Source of the DNA: an uncultured Gammaproteobacteria bacterium | GTDB taxonomy: Bacteria; Pseudomonadota; Gammaproteobacteria; Arenicellales; CALHMG01 | Direction: 5' to 3' | Length of the DNA stretch: 64,000 nt | Assembly: GCA_938034705.1 (NCBI GenBank) | Contig: CALHMG010000046.1 | Location: 11,263-75,262, forward strand | Part shown: piece after piece, positions 56,301-62,437 of the stretch | Position numbering within the stretch: position 1 is the first letter of the stretch | Layout: each line of letters begins with the position of its first letter | Position numbers and translations under genes: made by a program | Notes under the pieces: generated by a model | What the model saw: only the letters and a program-made list of their open reading frames with translations | Database searches by the model: none | What the model was told of the DNA's origin: nothing

Positions 56301-58736
56301 CGCCTCGTTACGTGTGCCCGCCGACAGCGTCGCGCCTTCGGGGACATCGGCGACAAGAATCGTGACGACCTCGTTCGGGTCCGCGCTGTACGCGTCAATA
56401 TTGAGCTCAATGGCGTTGTCTTCGAGACCGGCAGCGTGCTCAATCGTCACAACCGGCTCACCGGCAACGCCGTCGAGCGTAATTTTGAAGTTGGTCTGTG
56501 TGGTCGCCTGGTCGCCGTTTTCGGCCTCCGTCGCTACCGCCGTCACACCGATGATGACTTCACCACTGGTGTTCGCCGGTGGCGTCAGTACGACGTCACC
56601 AATCTCGCTACCGTCAACGGTCCAGGTGCCATCCTCATTGCTGACACCGTGCGAAAGAGTCGAACCCGCGGGTACGCCTGTGAGAATCAGCGTAAGCGCT
56701 TCCGATCGATCGATATCCGTAATCGCCGCGTCCAGGGATAGCTTTACGGGCTGTCCCTCCGTTCCGCGAACGTCCTCGGCGCTCACGACCGGAGCATCCG
56801 CTACGGCGTCCACCGTCACTGGCACCACGAAATCCTGAGACCGGGTATCGCCGTTTGCGGTTTCCGTCGTGTTAAAGGTGAAATTCAGATCGAAGTCCTG
56901 ATCACTGTCCTGGGGTGCAGTAACGGTCAGTCCCTCGAGCTCGGCTTCGCTGAGCGACCATTCGCCATTGCCTCTATCGACGCCGGCAGAAAGAGCGGCG
57001 CCCGCAGGAATGTTGCTGACGATGATTTCGCGAATTTTCTCTGATCCATCGCTGTCGATCAGGCTCATGTCGAACACGATTGCGATTGGAGAGTCTTCGT
57101 CGCCGCGAGCACCGGCAGGTCCGCCGTTGTCGGCTGTTGCGAATACCAGACGTCCTTCCCAGTTCATGCGCTCACGTGCGCTCATCCATGTCTGAGCCTG
57201 GTATCCGGTTGCTACCTCATTGCCGGGATCAATTGGATTGCCAAACTCATCGCAGTGTTCAGTACCGGCATCCGCTGCGATTTCATAACGCAGGTAACGC
57301 GAGTCGGTTTCTGACTGGTACACGTGACCGTTAACTTCAATCCAGTCAACAATCAGATTTCGATCTGCACAGTTTGGTTTGCACCAGAGGTCGTTGGTGA
57401 ATTCAACTTCGACCGTTTGCGGCCCCGTGTCACCGTAATCGCCCGTGATGCTGAAGATTTCCCACTCGCCTTCAGCGTAGGAGGCGTTCGCTTTATGTAC
57501 CGGACCAGTTGCCTCACCGTTGACAAGAACCCGGAACTCCGGCGGGCCGTCAAAGCGGTCGTTAATGCTGTCAAACCCTTCACCCGACAGACGCACCCTG
57601 ATGATGCTCAGCTCGTCAGGAGTCTTGATCGCAACACCGTCAGCTACGGCGTTGACGTCCACGGCAACATTGTGGACCGTAGTAGAGCGGGACTCGCTGT
57701 CCTGCTCTCGTGTCGTGACCGCGACATCCAGTGAAAAATTCTCGTCCGAGTTTTTCGCCGTCATCAGCTCAAGCCCTTCGAGATCATCGGCTTCGAGTTC
57801 CCACTTGCCGTCCTCGCGCAGTCTGCCGGCGGTGAATGAGGAACCGCCGGGCATACCACCAACAACGATCGAATCCACGACTTCCGACCCGTCGTGGTCC
57901 GTCAGCGCAGGGGTAAAGTCCATGGCGATGCCGGTGTCTTCTGTGCCGCTGGCAGAGGAGATCGCAATCGCGGCGACATCAGCGACCGGATTGACACGCA
58001 CAAACACAGGAACCGTTTCCTGCTGTGCCTCGTCTGTCTCGGTGTTTACACCGCGGGCGGTGATGTCGAGATTGAAATCGTCACTGGAGTTTTCACCAGG
58101 CGTGATGGTGAGATCCGCTGCGTCATCGACACCAAGAGTCCATGAACCGTCTTCGTTACGCGTGCCGGCGGAAAGCTTGGCCTCGGCGGGGACGCCGGAG
58201 ACTGTGAGCTCGTTCACCGCAAAGCCGTCTGCCTCGCCCGGGATATCCAGATTCAGGGCAATCGCGCTGTCTTCGTCTCCCTCGATCCAGTTCGGACCGC
58301 CAACATTCGAGGTGTCCAGAACAAGTTGACCGGACCAGGCCATTACGGCGTGGCCGGCAAGTTCCTTGCCGTCGTAGCCGCGACGATAAGATGCGTCGCC
58401 GGCTTCGAATGCCTTGCCGTTCACTTCGATGGAGTTGACGACAAGGTTTCGATCCTGGCTGGCGCTGTCGTAACGGTCGTTCAGAAACTCGATGGAAACA
58501 TTCGTCGGCCCATTGGCACCAAAGTCGCCGCGAACCTGAAACTGCTCGTTCTGCTCAAGCGCACGTGAAGCGGATACGACAAACGTGTCACTCGCGATTT
58601 CGCCGTTTACCCAGACACGGAATTTTGGCTCACCAAGATAATGGTCGCCTGATACGTCAACGATAATCGTGGACAAACCGTCGCGCTCTGCGACGTTGAA
58701 TTTGGTGTTTGAGACGGTGCGAGTATTGTCGTTCAT
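50343..58736 (-). CDS. giant (2,797 aa) secreted repeat protein / putative T1SS-exported adhesin
   Basis: The start is taken at the ATG at 58734-58736 (MNDNTRTV..); the ORF track begins at a TTG 72 nt upstream. It has ~22 tandem ~111-aa repeats of the form EDTAIAL.I....D.DGSETLS..I.GVP.GA.LSAG..NGDGTW......L.GLT.TPP..FSG, with 16 exact DxDGSE motifs. Three ~130-160-aa modules share the ..ND(R/L)(Y/W)......DRNL(V/I)V..(I/L)EVNG pattern. The C-terminal tail is acidic. It lies immediately downstream of HlyD/ABC genes. Confidence 0.9.
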   Translation of the reverse strand: MNDNTRTVSNTKFNVAERDGLSTIIVDVSGDHYLGEPKFRVWVNGEIASDTFVVSASRALEQNEQFQVRGDFGANGPTNVSIEFLNDRYDSASQDRNLVVNSIEVNGKAFEAGDASYRRGYDGKELAGHAVMAWSGQLVLDTSNVGGPNWIEGDEDSAIALNLDIPGEADGFAVNELTVSGVPAEAKLSAGTRNEDGSWTLGVDDAADLTITPGENSSDDFNLDITARGVNTETDEAQQETVPVFVRVNPVADVAAIAISSASGTEDTGIAMDFTPALTDHDGSEVVDSIVVGGMPGGSSFTAGRLREDGKWELEADDLEGLELMTAKNSDENFSLDVAVTTREQDSESRSTTVHNVAVDVNAVADGVAIKTPDELSIIRVRLSGEGFDSINDRFDGPPEFRVLVNGEATGPVHKANASYAEGEWEIFSITGDYGDTGPQTVEVEFTNDLWCKPNCADRNLIVDWIEVNGHVYQSETDSRYLRYEIAADAGTEHCDEFGNPIDPGNEVATGYQAQTWMSARERMNWEGRLVFATADNGGPAGARGDEDSPIAIVFDMSLIDSDGSEKIREIIVSNIPAGAALSAGVDRGNGEWSLSEAELEGLTVTAPQDSDQDFDLNFTFNTTETANGDTRSQDFVVPVTVDAVADAPVVSAEDVRGTEGQPVKLSLDAAITDIDRSEALTLILTGVPAGSTLSHGVSNEDGTWTVDGSEIGDVVLTPPANTSGEVIIGVTAVATEAENGDQATTQTNFKITLDGVAGEPVVTIEHAAGLEDNAIELNIDAYSADPNEVVTILVADVPEGATLSAGTRNEAGNWFLAAHELEGLTITPPLHSDEPFDLKVEVISTQKDTGDTASKVSTLSVAVGAVADAPAFIHDNGDGLTSSIRLTVSGQHYKGAPDYQIFINGEQYGDTYTVEADFANNETETLEITGQFGLDGPASVEVKFLNDRWEGPGKDRNLVVHELEVNGTSYDSMSAQFIRGADGKVFTGMKKMWWTGSLQFDTTDNAGTGGARGYEDQPIDLALTAALVDIDGSERIESVVIGNLPEGAMLSTGVDNGNGTWTLTSDQFANATITAPADSNEDMMLVVTATSVESSGERASTTIDLPVRVTGVADAPTLVTEDAVGTEDLPVAINFGGALTDLDGSETLSFIVDHVPEGASLNQGVANEDGSWSLTEDDLEGLMITPPQNFSGEIVLGVSAVSTENDGDVATTAGSLVVSIDAVADAALITRKTARGLEDGQVPLSISISPSDKDGSERVGSVVLSGLPEGSTLSAGIDNGDGSWTLSEEELVGLTLAPPLHSNQDFSIRITAETIESNGSTRSTSRNMSVKLTGVADAPVVNALDTNGEEDQPIDLELNAGLVDTDGSETLSVLIKGVPAGSVLSAGTEISSGVWSVAPESLADLTLTPPRHFSGRIDLEMDAAATESDGDAAHSAVPFSLYVKGVADRAHLDIRPAEGLEDNAIALDIRSSLIDSDGSETLSFVIAEVPGGAKLSAGRQNGDGTWSLSAADVAGLTITPPKDSNEDFSLAVTAVTTEADGDTSTITLALPVKVTGVADTPVATVGETRGDEDTAIALNIGAEVADIDGSEQVSVVLGGLPRGARLSHGLYNGNGTWSIDPADLPSLTMTPPRDFSGNVEMSLRVISTENDGDSTSTSRTFNVQVDGVVDTPGGLSNTLVLEDTSVEIDIVPRTTDIDGSETVVGAIVRGVPVGARLSAGTEIESGVWQVSPGDFDGLRVHPGYNSNVDFRLTVESTVEEADGTTATFDRSMNVNVIGDADTPDVWAYDVSGKSDTPIALDFGGQLNDLDGSETLYFIIEDIPKGMHFNKGFNNGDGTWTVPEAHLEGLTGTSPFHYKGELHLTVRAVSRENDGDIASNTTTFVMDVDRTTGPGDFYFFGLEDNYIGFDISKLEERGARQVVISDVPADVEFSAGTRGEDGTWTVDIEDTADLALIPSKDSDDDMRLKFSWIDEHGNEGTSGALVEVLGVADMPDVELSTEGGDEDTPISITVTGEIFDLDGSEKLSFVVKDLPEGATLSAGYLNPISGVWTLTPEDMEGLTVTPPEDFSGDMDFTVGAVATEQSGDYAVNLKPANVYVVPVADEAEIGGVPEVGVEDTALDLNLMVETTDEDGSEKVVAVNISGLPAGATLINATDNGDGTWEVDPTALDTVQIVPPQHAHGAFNVTVNATTEEPNGDQAVTSSKVSFSVASNPDQPTVVASDVQGVEDDSVALNLSANLVDTDGSEVMSVRIDGIPDGATLSTGFNNGDGTWTVTGDQLNGLSLNPPEDFSGEIEMGITGISMEMDTGETAQTPTVPFSVTVLGIADAPTVDPQSAYGIEDNAIPVLLNASLVDADGSETLSAVFSDYPEGAVFSSGQMGADGWEVAGEDLDGLTVTPPANSSDDFDMSVTVVSTEATGDQARTDTTVRVRVEAAADDADVTANDVSGEEDTAIALDLAARLSDDDGSETLSAIVTGVPEGGSLSHGTQRVDGGWNVNSADLALVTMMTPENFSGVVEMTLITTTVESSNDSQVVNTKRFEVDVAGVADAPVVSAQDVEGESNSEIALNIQAELTDLDGSEQLDVVVTGLPDDATLSAGSRNEDGSWTVARSDLSTLKVTAAEDFVGELNLNVEAVATEDSGDVATASTTLKVAVTETQQFRAADSASAVDSMEMHAASSTTAPAVASSTDVIETEVETEEATDDTTEDAIVDAMLENDAPATSSNWTEDIDANDSAQEPRVEAHADPLADEALTPADDAATAQETADPLAAEGVAVESGETSVDDALVVPTDI
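50754..55703 (-). repeat. uninterrupted run of ~15 diverged coding tandem repeats (~333 nt / ~111 aa period) inside the giant gene
   Basis: DxDGSE motifs recur at ORF-track aa 1055, 1167, 1279, 1390, 1501, 1612, 1722, 1834, (degenerate ~1945), 2045, 2157, 2269, 2382, 2492 and 2604. Confidence 0.8.
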
Positions 58737-58968
58737 CGGATTGGTCCTTGAGTTGGCCTCTTGCCGAGGCGTACTGAATTTGAAAAAGTTCTGGTGTTGG
58801 TAACGCAAGTTCTGTGCCAGATCTGGGCCTTGATCTGACCGGCTGTTTTTCCCTCAAAAAGCAGGAAGAACTGCGTTAAATGGCTGGTTCGGGTCAACTA
58901 TTGCTGCTGTGCCGGATGCTGTTTGCGAACCGCGAACATCGCCTTTGCATTTTGCGAATCGATTGGCA

Positions 58969-60282
58969 TCACCGTTCGCGAAAGCCTCCATCGAGGCTGG
59001 TGTAGATGGGTTTGAGCATGTATTCGAACAGCGTTTTGCTGCCCGTTCGGATATCGGCTTGCAGCGTCATGCCCGGGAGAATCTTTTTTTCGGGCCCCAG
59101 ATGCGCCTGCTTCAAAATGACTCGTCCCCGGTAATAAACGGATCCGTCATCTCGCGCGTATGTCGTTGGAGATACGCTGTTCAGCATCCCCTCGACCGCA
59201 CCGAATCTTGCAAAATCGAATGCGTTAACCTTTACGGCAACTTCCTGACCGGACTGAACAAACCCGATGTCTCGTGGCGAAATCTCTATGTCGGCAATGA
59301 GTTCTTCGTCTACAGGAACAATCTGCGCAATCATCGAACCGGCGGCGAGTACGTCACCGACGGACGTGACGCTCAGATTCTGGATAACCCCGTCCACGGG
59401 AGCCGTCACCTCAAGCCGAACAACCCGGTCCTCCAGTCCTTTTGCAACCTCGTGGAGCTCAGAAAGCTGTGATGTCGTTTCCGCAAGCTCGACCGTTGCG
59501 CGTTCGCGATAGCGATTTTCCAGTTCAGCGATCCGGGTTCTGGTTTCACTGATGTCTTCGCGGGACTGCGCGATATCCCCGTTGAGTCTCGCGATATCGG
59601 TATTAATCGACTCGTAGGTTTCCTGAATCTTGATGAGCTCAAGACGGCTGCCCGTGCCGGACTTGCTCAGCCGTTCACGCATTTCGACTTCTTTGGCTAC
59701 CAGGGAGCGTCTCTTTTTGTAACTTTCGATCTCCGCGTTAAGAGACACGATCCGAGCATCACTCGCGACCAGACGACCCTTCAAAACATTTCGCTCACTG
59801 TTGAGACTGGCTCTGCGGGACTCGAAAACGGCCAGTTCATTTTTGGTGATCGTGCTGCCGGGGTTTTCAAAAACCGGTTTTTTGCCTTCAAGCTCGGCGC
59901 GAATGCGAACCGCTCGTGTCTTAAACACTTCTGATCGTGCCAGCATGCGATCGCGTTCAGCCGTTGCCGACTTTCTCTTCAGACGAACCAGCGCATCGCC
60001 GGCCGCGACTCTGGAACCGTCGCTGACCAGAATCTCATCGACGATTCCACCTTCAAGATGCTGAACACTTCGAATCTCTCCGGCCGGGATTATTCGACCT
60101 GGCGCGATCGCCTTTTCTTCGAGCGATGCGGTTGCGGACCACGTGATCAACGCGCCCAGAGCACCAAACACGACCAGCATCATTCGGCCGGTTAAAGCCG
60201 AGGCTCTTCGTGAGTTGATCGGCGACAGGTCCGGGTGCCGTGCCGCAATGGATTTTGAGTTCGTCATAACCTTCGTTTCCAC
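58969..60282 (-). CDS. type I secretion system membrane fusion protein (HlyD family)
   Basis: 437 aa with an N-terminal TM helix (MMLVVFGALGALITW). It has GRIIPAGEIRSVQHLEGGIVDEILV, a long coiled coil, and C-terminal VTAPVDGVIQNL...GMTLQADIRTG, which is the typical T1SS HlyD layout. Confidence 0.9.
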   Translation of the reverse strand: METKVMTNSKSIAARHPDLSPINSRRASALTGRMMLVVFGALGALITWSATASLEEKAIAPGRIIPAGEIRSVQHLEGGIVDEILVSDGSRVAAGDALVRLKRKSATAERDRMLARSEVFKTRAVRIRAELEGKKPVFENPGSTITKNELAVFESRRASLNSERNVLKGRLVASDARIVSLNAEIESYKKRRSLVAKEVEMRERLSKSGTGSRLELIKIQETYESINTDIARLNGDIAQSREDISETRTRIAELENRYRERATVELAETTSQLSELHEVAKGLEDRVVRLEVTAPVDGVIQNLSVTSVGDVLAAGSMIAQIVPVDEELIADIEISPRDIGFVQSGQEVAVKVNAFDFARFGAVEGMLNSVSPTTYARDDGSVYYRGRVILKQAHLGPEKKILPGMTLQADIRTGSKTLFEYMLKPIYTSLDGGFRER

Positions 60283-60295
60283 TTATCCAAAAGGA

Positions 60296-62437
60296 TCAAG
60301 CTTTGAGTTTTTCTTCCAGTTCACCGGCTTCGCCAAAGAACCGAACCGCGCCACGATCCAACATCAGTGCCTTGTCACAAACACCGAGGTGCTCGGGTCG
60401 ATGAGTGACCAGAACGATCGTGCTGCGCTGGCGCAAAGATTCAATCGCCTCTATCAGGGCGTATTCGCTCTCGAAATCCAGACCCACGGTCGGCTCATCA
60501 AGAAGCACGATCGGGGCGGGTCTGATCCACGCGCGGGCGAGGGAGATTCTGGCAACGAGACTGGTCGGGAGCGCTGCCGGATTGCGGGGATCAACGGCGG
60601 TGTTTAAACCCTCGGGCAAGCTCTCCACGACCTCACGCGCCCCGGCGAGTTCAAGCGCAGCCCAGATGTCCTGCCGGGAGATCCCGGGCTCGGCAACGAT
60701 CAGGTTCTCCGCCAGGGATCCCGCAATCAGTTTCGGGACCTGGGGCGCATAGGCGATCACACGACGCAAAGACGCCGGATCGGTCTGCTTGAGGTTGCGT
60801 CCGTCCAGAAGAATTCGACCAGCCTGGGGGTGGTACATGCCGAGTAACAGTTTCAGGACGGTCGATTTACCGGCACCGTTACTGCCTATGACACCGAGAA
60901 CCTCACCCGGCTGGACCTCGAAACTCACGTTTGCCAGTTCCGGCTCGGCCGCGCCATATCGGAAAGTCACACGATCAAACTTTATCTCGCCACCGAAATG
61001 CGGCAACACCTCGGGCACCCGGGACGGGCTCCCGTCAGTTTCCAGATTCAGAAAACTCGCCACGTGGCCAAAAGACCGTTTTGCCTGTTTGATCTGGGGT
61101 CCCGCCGCGAATACAGCCTGGACCGGTGCGAACACACGCCAGGTCAGCATCACTGTTGCGATGAGCGCACCCGGGGACATGGCGCCGTCAATAACAAGAC
61201 CGATACCTGCGAGCAACGTCGCGAGACCGGTCCCCATCGTCATACCCTGACCCAGTGAGCTCAGCCAGGCACGAGTACTCGCATTACGCGCGTTAGCCTG
61301 CGCCGACGCCTCGTGTATTTCGTCAAATCGCTCGTTCCATTCATCCGCCGTACCGGTCTGGCGAATCGATGGCGACTTCTCGATAGTTTCCAGCACAAGA
61401 TCCTGACGTTGCTGGTCGAGCATCGACGCTGCGGTTTCGCGTTGATTGATTCTGCCCGCGAGCACAATCCCGATCGCCACAAAGATACAAATGGCGATGA
61501 GCGGAACCAGGGCAAGCTTTCCGCCAATGACAACAATCGCGCCGAGAAAAATCAGCACAAACGGCGCGTCGATCAGCGATACAACGGTGGTTCCGGAAAG
61601 CACGCGCCTGATCGAGTCGAAACCTTTCAAGCGCATGATCTGCGTTGAAACCGTCGAACGTTCGGTCAACGCTGACGGTAGCGACATCAGATGTTCGAAC
61701 AGCCGAGTCGATGACACATAGCCCATCTCGGCGCTCGTTGCAGACGCAAGCTCCGTGCGCAACATGCGCAGCAGCAGATCAGCAATCAGAGCAATCGCAA
61801 CTCCCGGCAACAGGTGTACCAGTGTCAGAGAACCCGTCGAACCAACGACCCGGTCATACACGGTCATGACAAAGATCGGAGTCGCGAGCGCCAGCAGATT
61901 GATAAAAAGGGAGACCGCCGCGATCCGCTTGATTCGACTCCTGGCATGAGAGACAAGTTCTGACACCCATGCGCCTTTGGCTTCGCCCGAACGCGCGCCC
62001 CCGGGCAAACCTGCAAGAAGCACCTTACCTTTGATGCGTTTTGACTTGACCACGCGCTCTTCGCGCAGGCCGAGATCATGAATGCGATATCCATGGGCCG
62101 TAACGGCCAGCACCACCCACCACTGATTCTTTTTCGTACACAAAATTGCCGGCAGTCTTGATTCGTCGAGATCACCAAGAACACACGGTTGAACACTGGT
62201 TTCGTAGGCAAGTCGGTGAAGCGCGAGCTCAAGGATGCCGTGATCGATCTCTTCAAAATCACGCTGACCTGCGGCTTCGGCAATGCTTCGTGGGCTGCGC
62301 GAGTCGCCCATGGCATTCAGCAATACGGTCAGCGCGTAAGCGGCTACCGGCTGTTGCTCATAAGCGAGCGCCGGTTCGTGGCTGGATGACGAATCCAGTC
62401 CCAGAAAATCCCACCCGTCACCTGTATTCGTGGTCAC
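60296..62437 (-). CDS. T1SS ABC exporter (TMD+NBD) with N-terminal C39-like domain lacking catalytic residues
   Basis: 713 aa with a GTG start overlapping the upstream ABC stop (GTGA). The N-terminal ~150 aa resemble the HlyB C39-like domain. The TMD has the VYDRVVGS motif. The NBD has Walker A GSNGAGKST, Q-loop YAPQ, Walker B IVLLDE and H-loop VTHR, but reads LPTSL where LSGGQ is expected. Confidence 0.9.
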   Translation of the reverse strand: MTTNTGDGWDFLGLDSSSSHEPALAYEQQPVAAYALTVLLNAMGDSRSPRSIAEAAGQRDFEEIDHGILELALHRLAYETSVQPCVLGDLDESRLPAILCTKKNQWWVVLAVTAHGYRIHDLGLREERVVKSKRIKGKVLLAGLPGGARSGEAKGAWVSELVSHARSRIKRIAAVSLFINLLALATPIFVMTVYDRVVGSTGSLTLVHLLPGVAIALIADLLLRMLRTELASATSAEMGYVSSTRLFEHLMSLPSALTERSTVSTQIMRLKGFDSIRRVLSGTTVVSLIDAPFVLIFLGAIVVIGGKLALVPLIAICIFVAIGIVLAGRINQRETAASMLDQQRQDLVLETIEKSPSIRQTGTADEWNERFDEIHEASAQANARNASTRAWLSSLGQGMTMGTGLATLLAGIGLVIDGAMSPGALIATVMLTWRVFAPVQAVFAAGPQIKQAKRSFGHVASFLNLETDGSPSRVPEVLPHFGGEIKFDRVTFRYGAAEPELANVSFEVQPGEVLGVIGSNGAGKSTVLKLLLGMYHPQAGRILLDGRNLKQTDPASLRRVIAYAPQVPKLIAGSLAENLIVAEPGISRQDIWAALELAGAREVVESLPEGLNTAVDPRNPAALPTSLVARISLARAWIRPAPIVLLDEPTVGLDFESEYALIEAIESLRQRSTIVLVTHRPEHLGVCDKALMLDRGAVRFFGEAGELEEKLKA

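Noticed and set aside
50551-58329. Many long plus-strand ORFs (e.g. 50551-51132, 54826-55536, 56058-56741, 56170-56838, 57520-58329) lie inside the giant gene.
   Set aside because: They are antisense shadows of a long, codon-biased, repetitive minus-strand gene. Their translations are Ser/Arg/Pro-rich low complexity with no motifs. The minus-strand frame is uninterrupted for 8.4 kb and has a clear domain structure.
50343-58736. Expected RTX GGxGxD nonapeptide block and LapA-type N-terminal retention module in the T1SS cargo.
   Set aside because: I read through the complete translation. Only isolated G-rich strings occur (e.g. NGGPAGARGDED, NAGTGGARGYED), with no tandem nonapeptides, so I did not annotate an RTX domain. 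This needs an HMM check.
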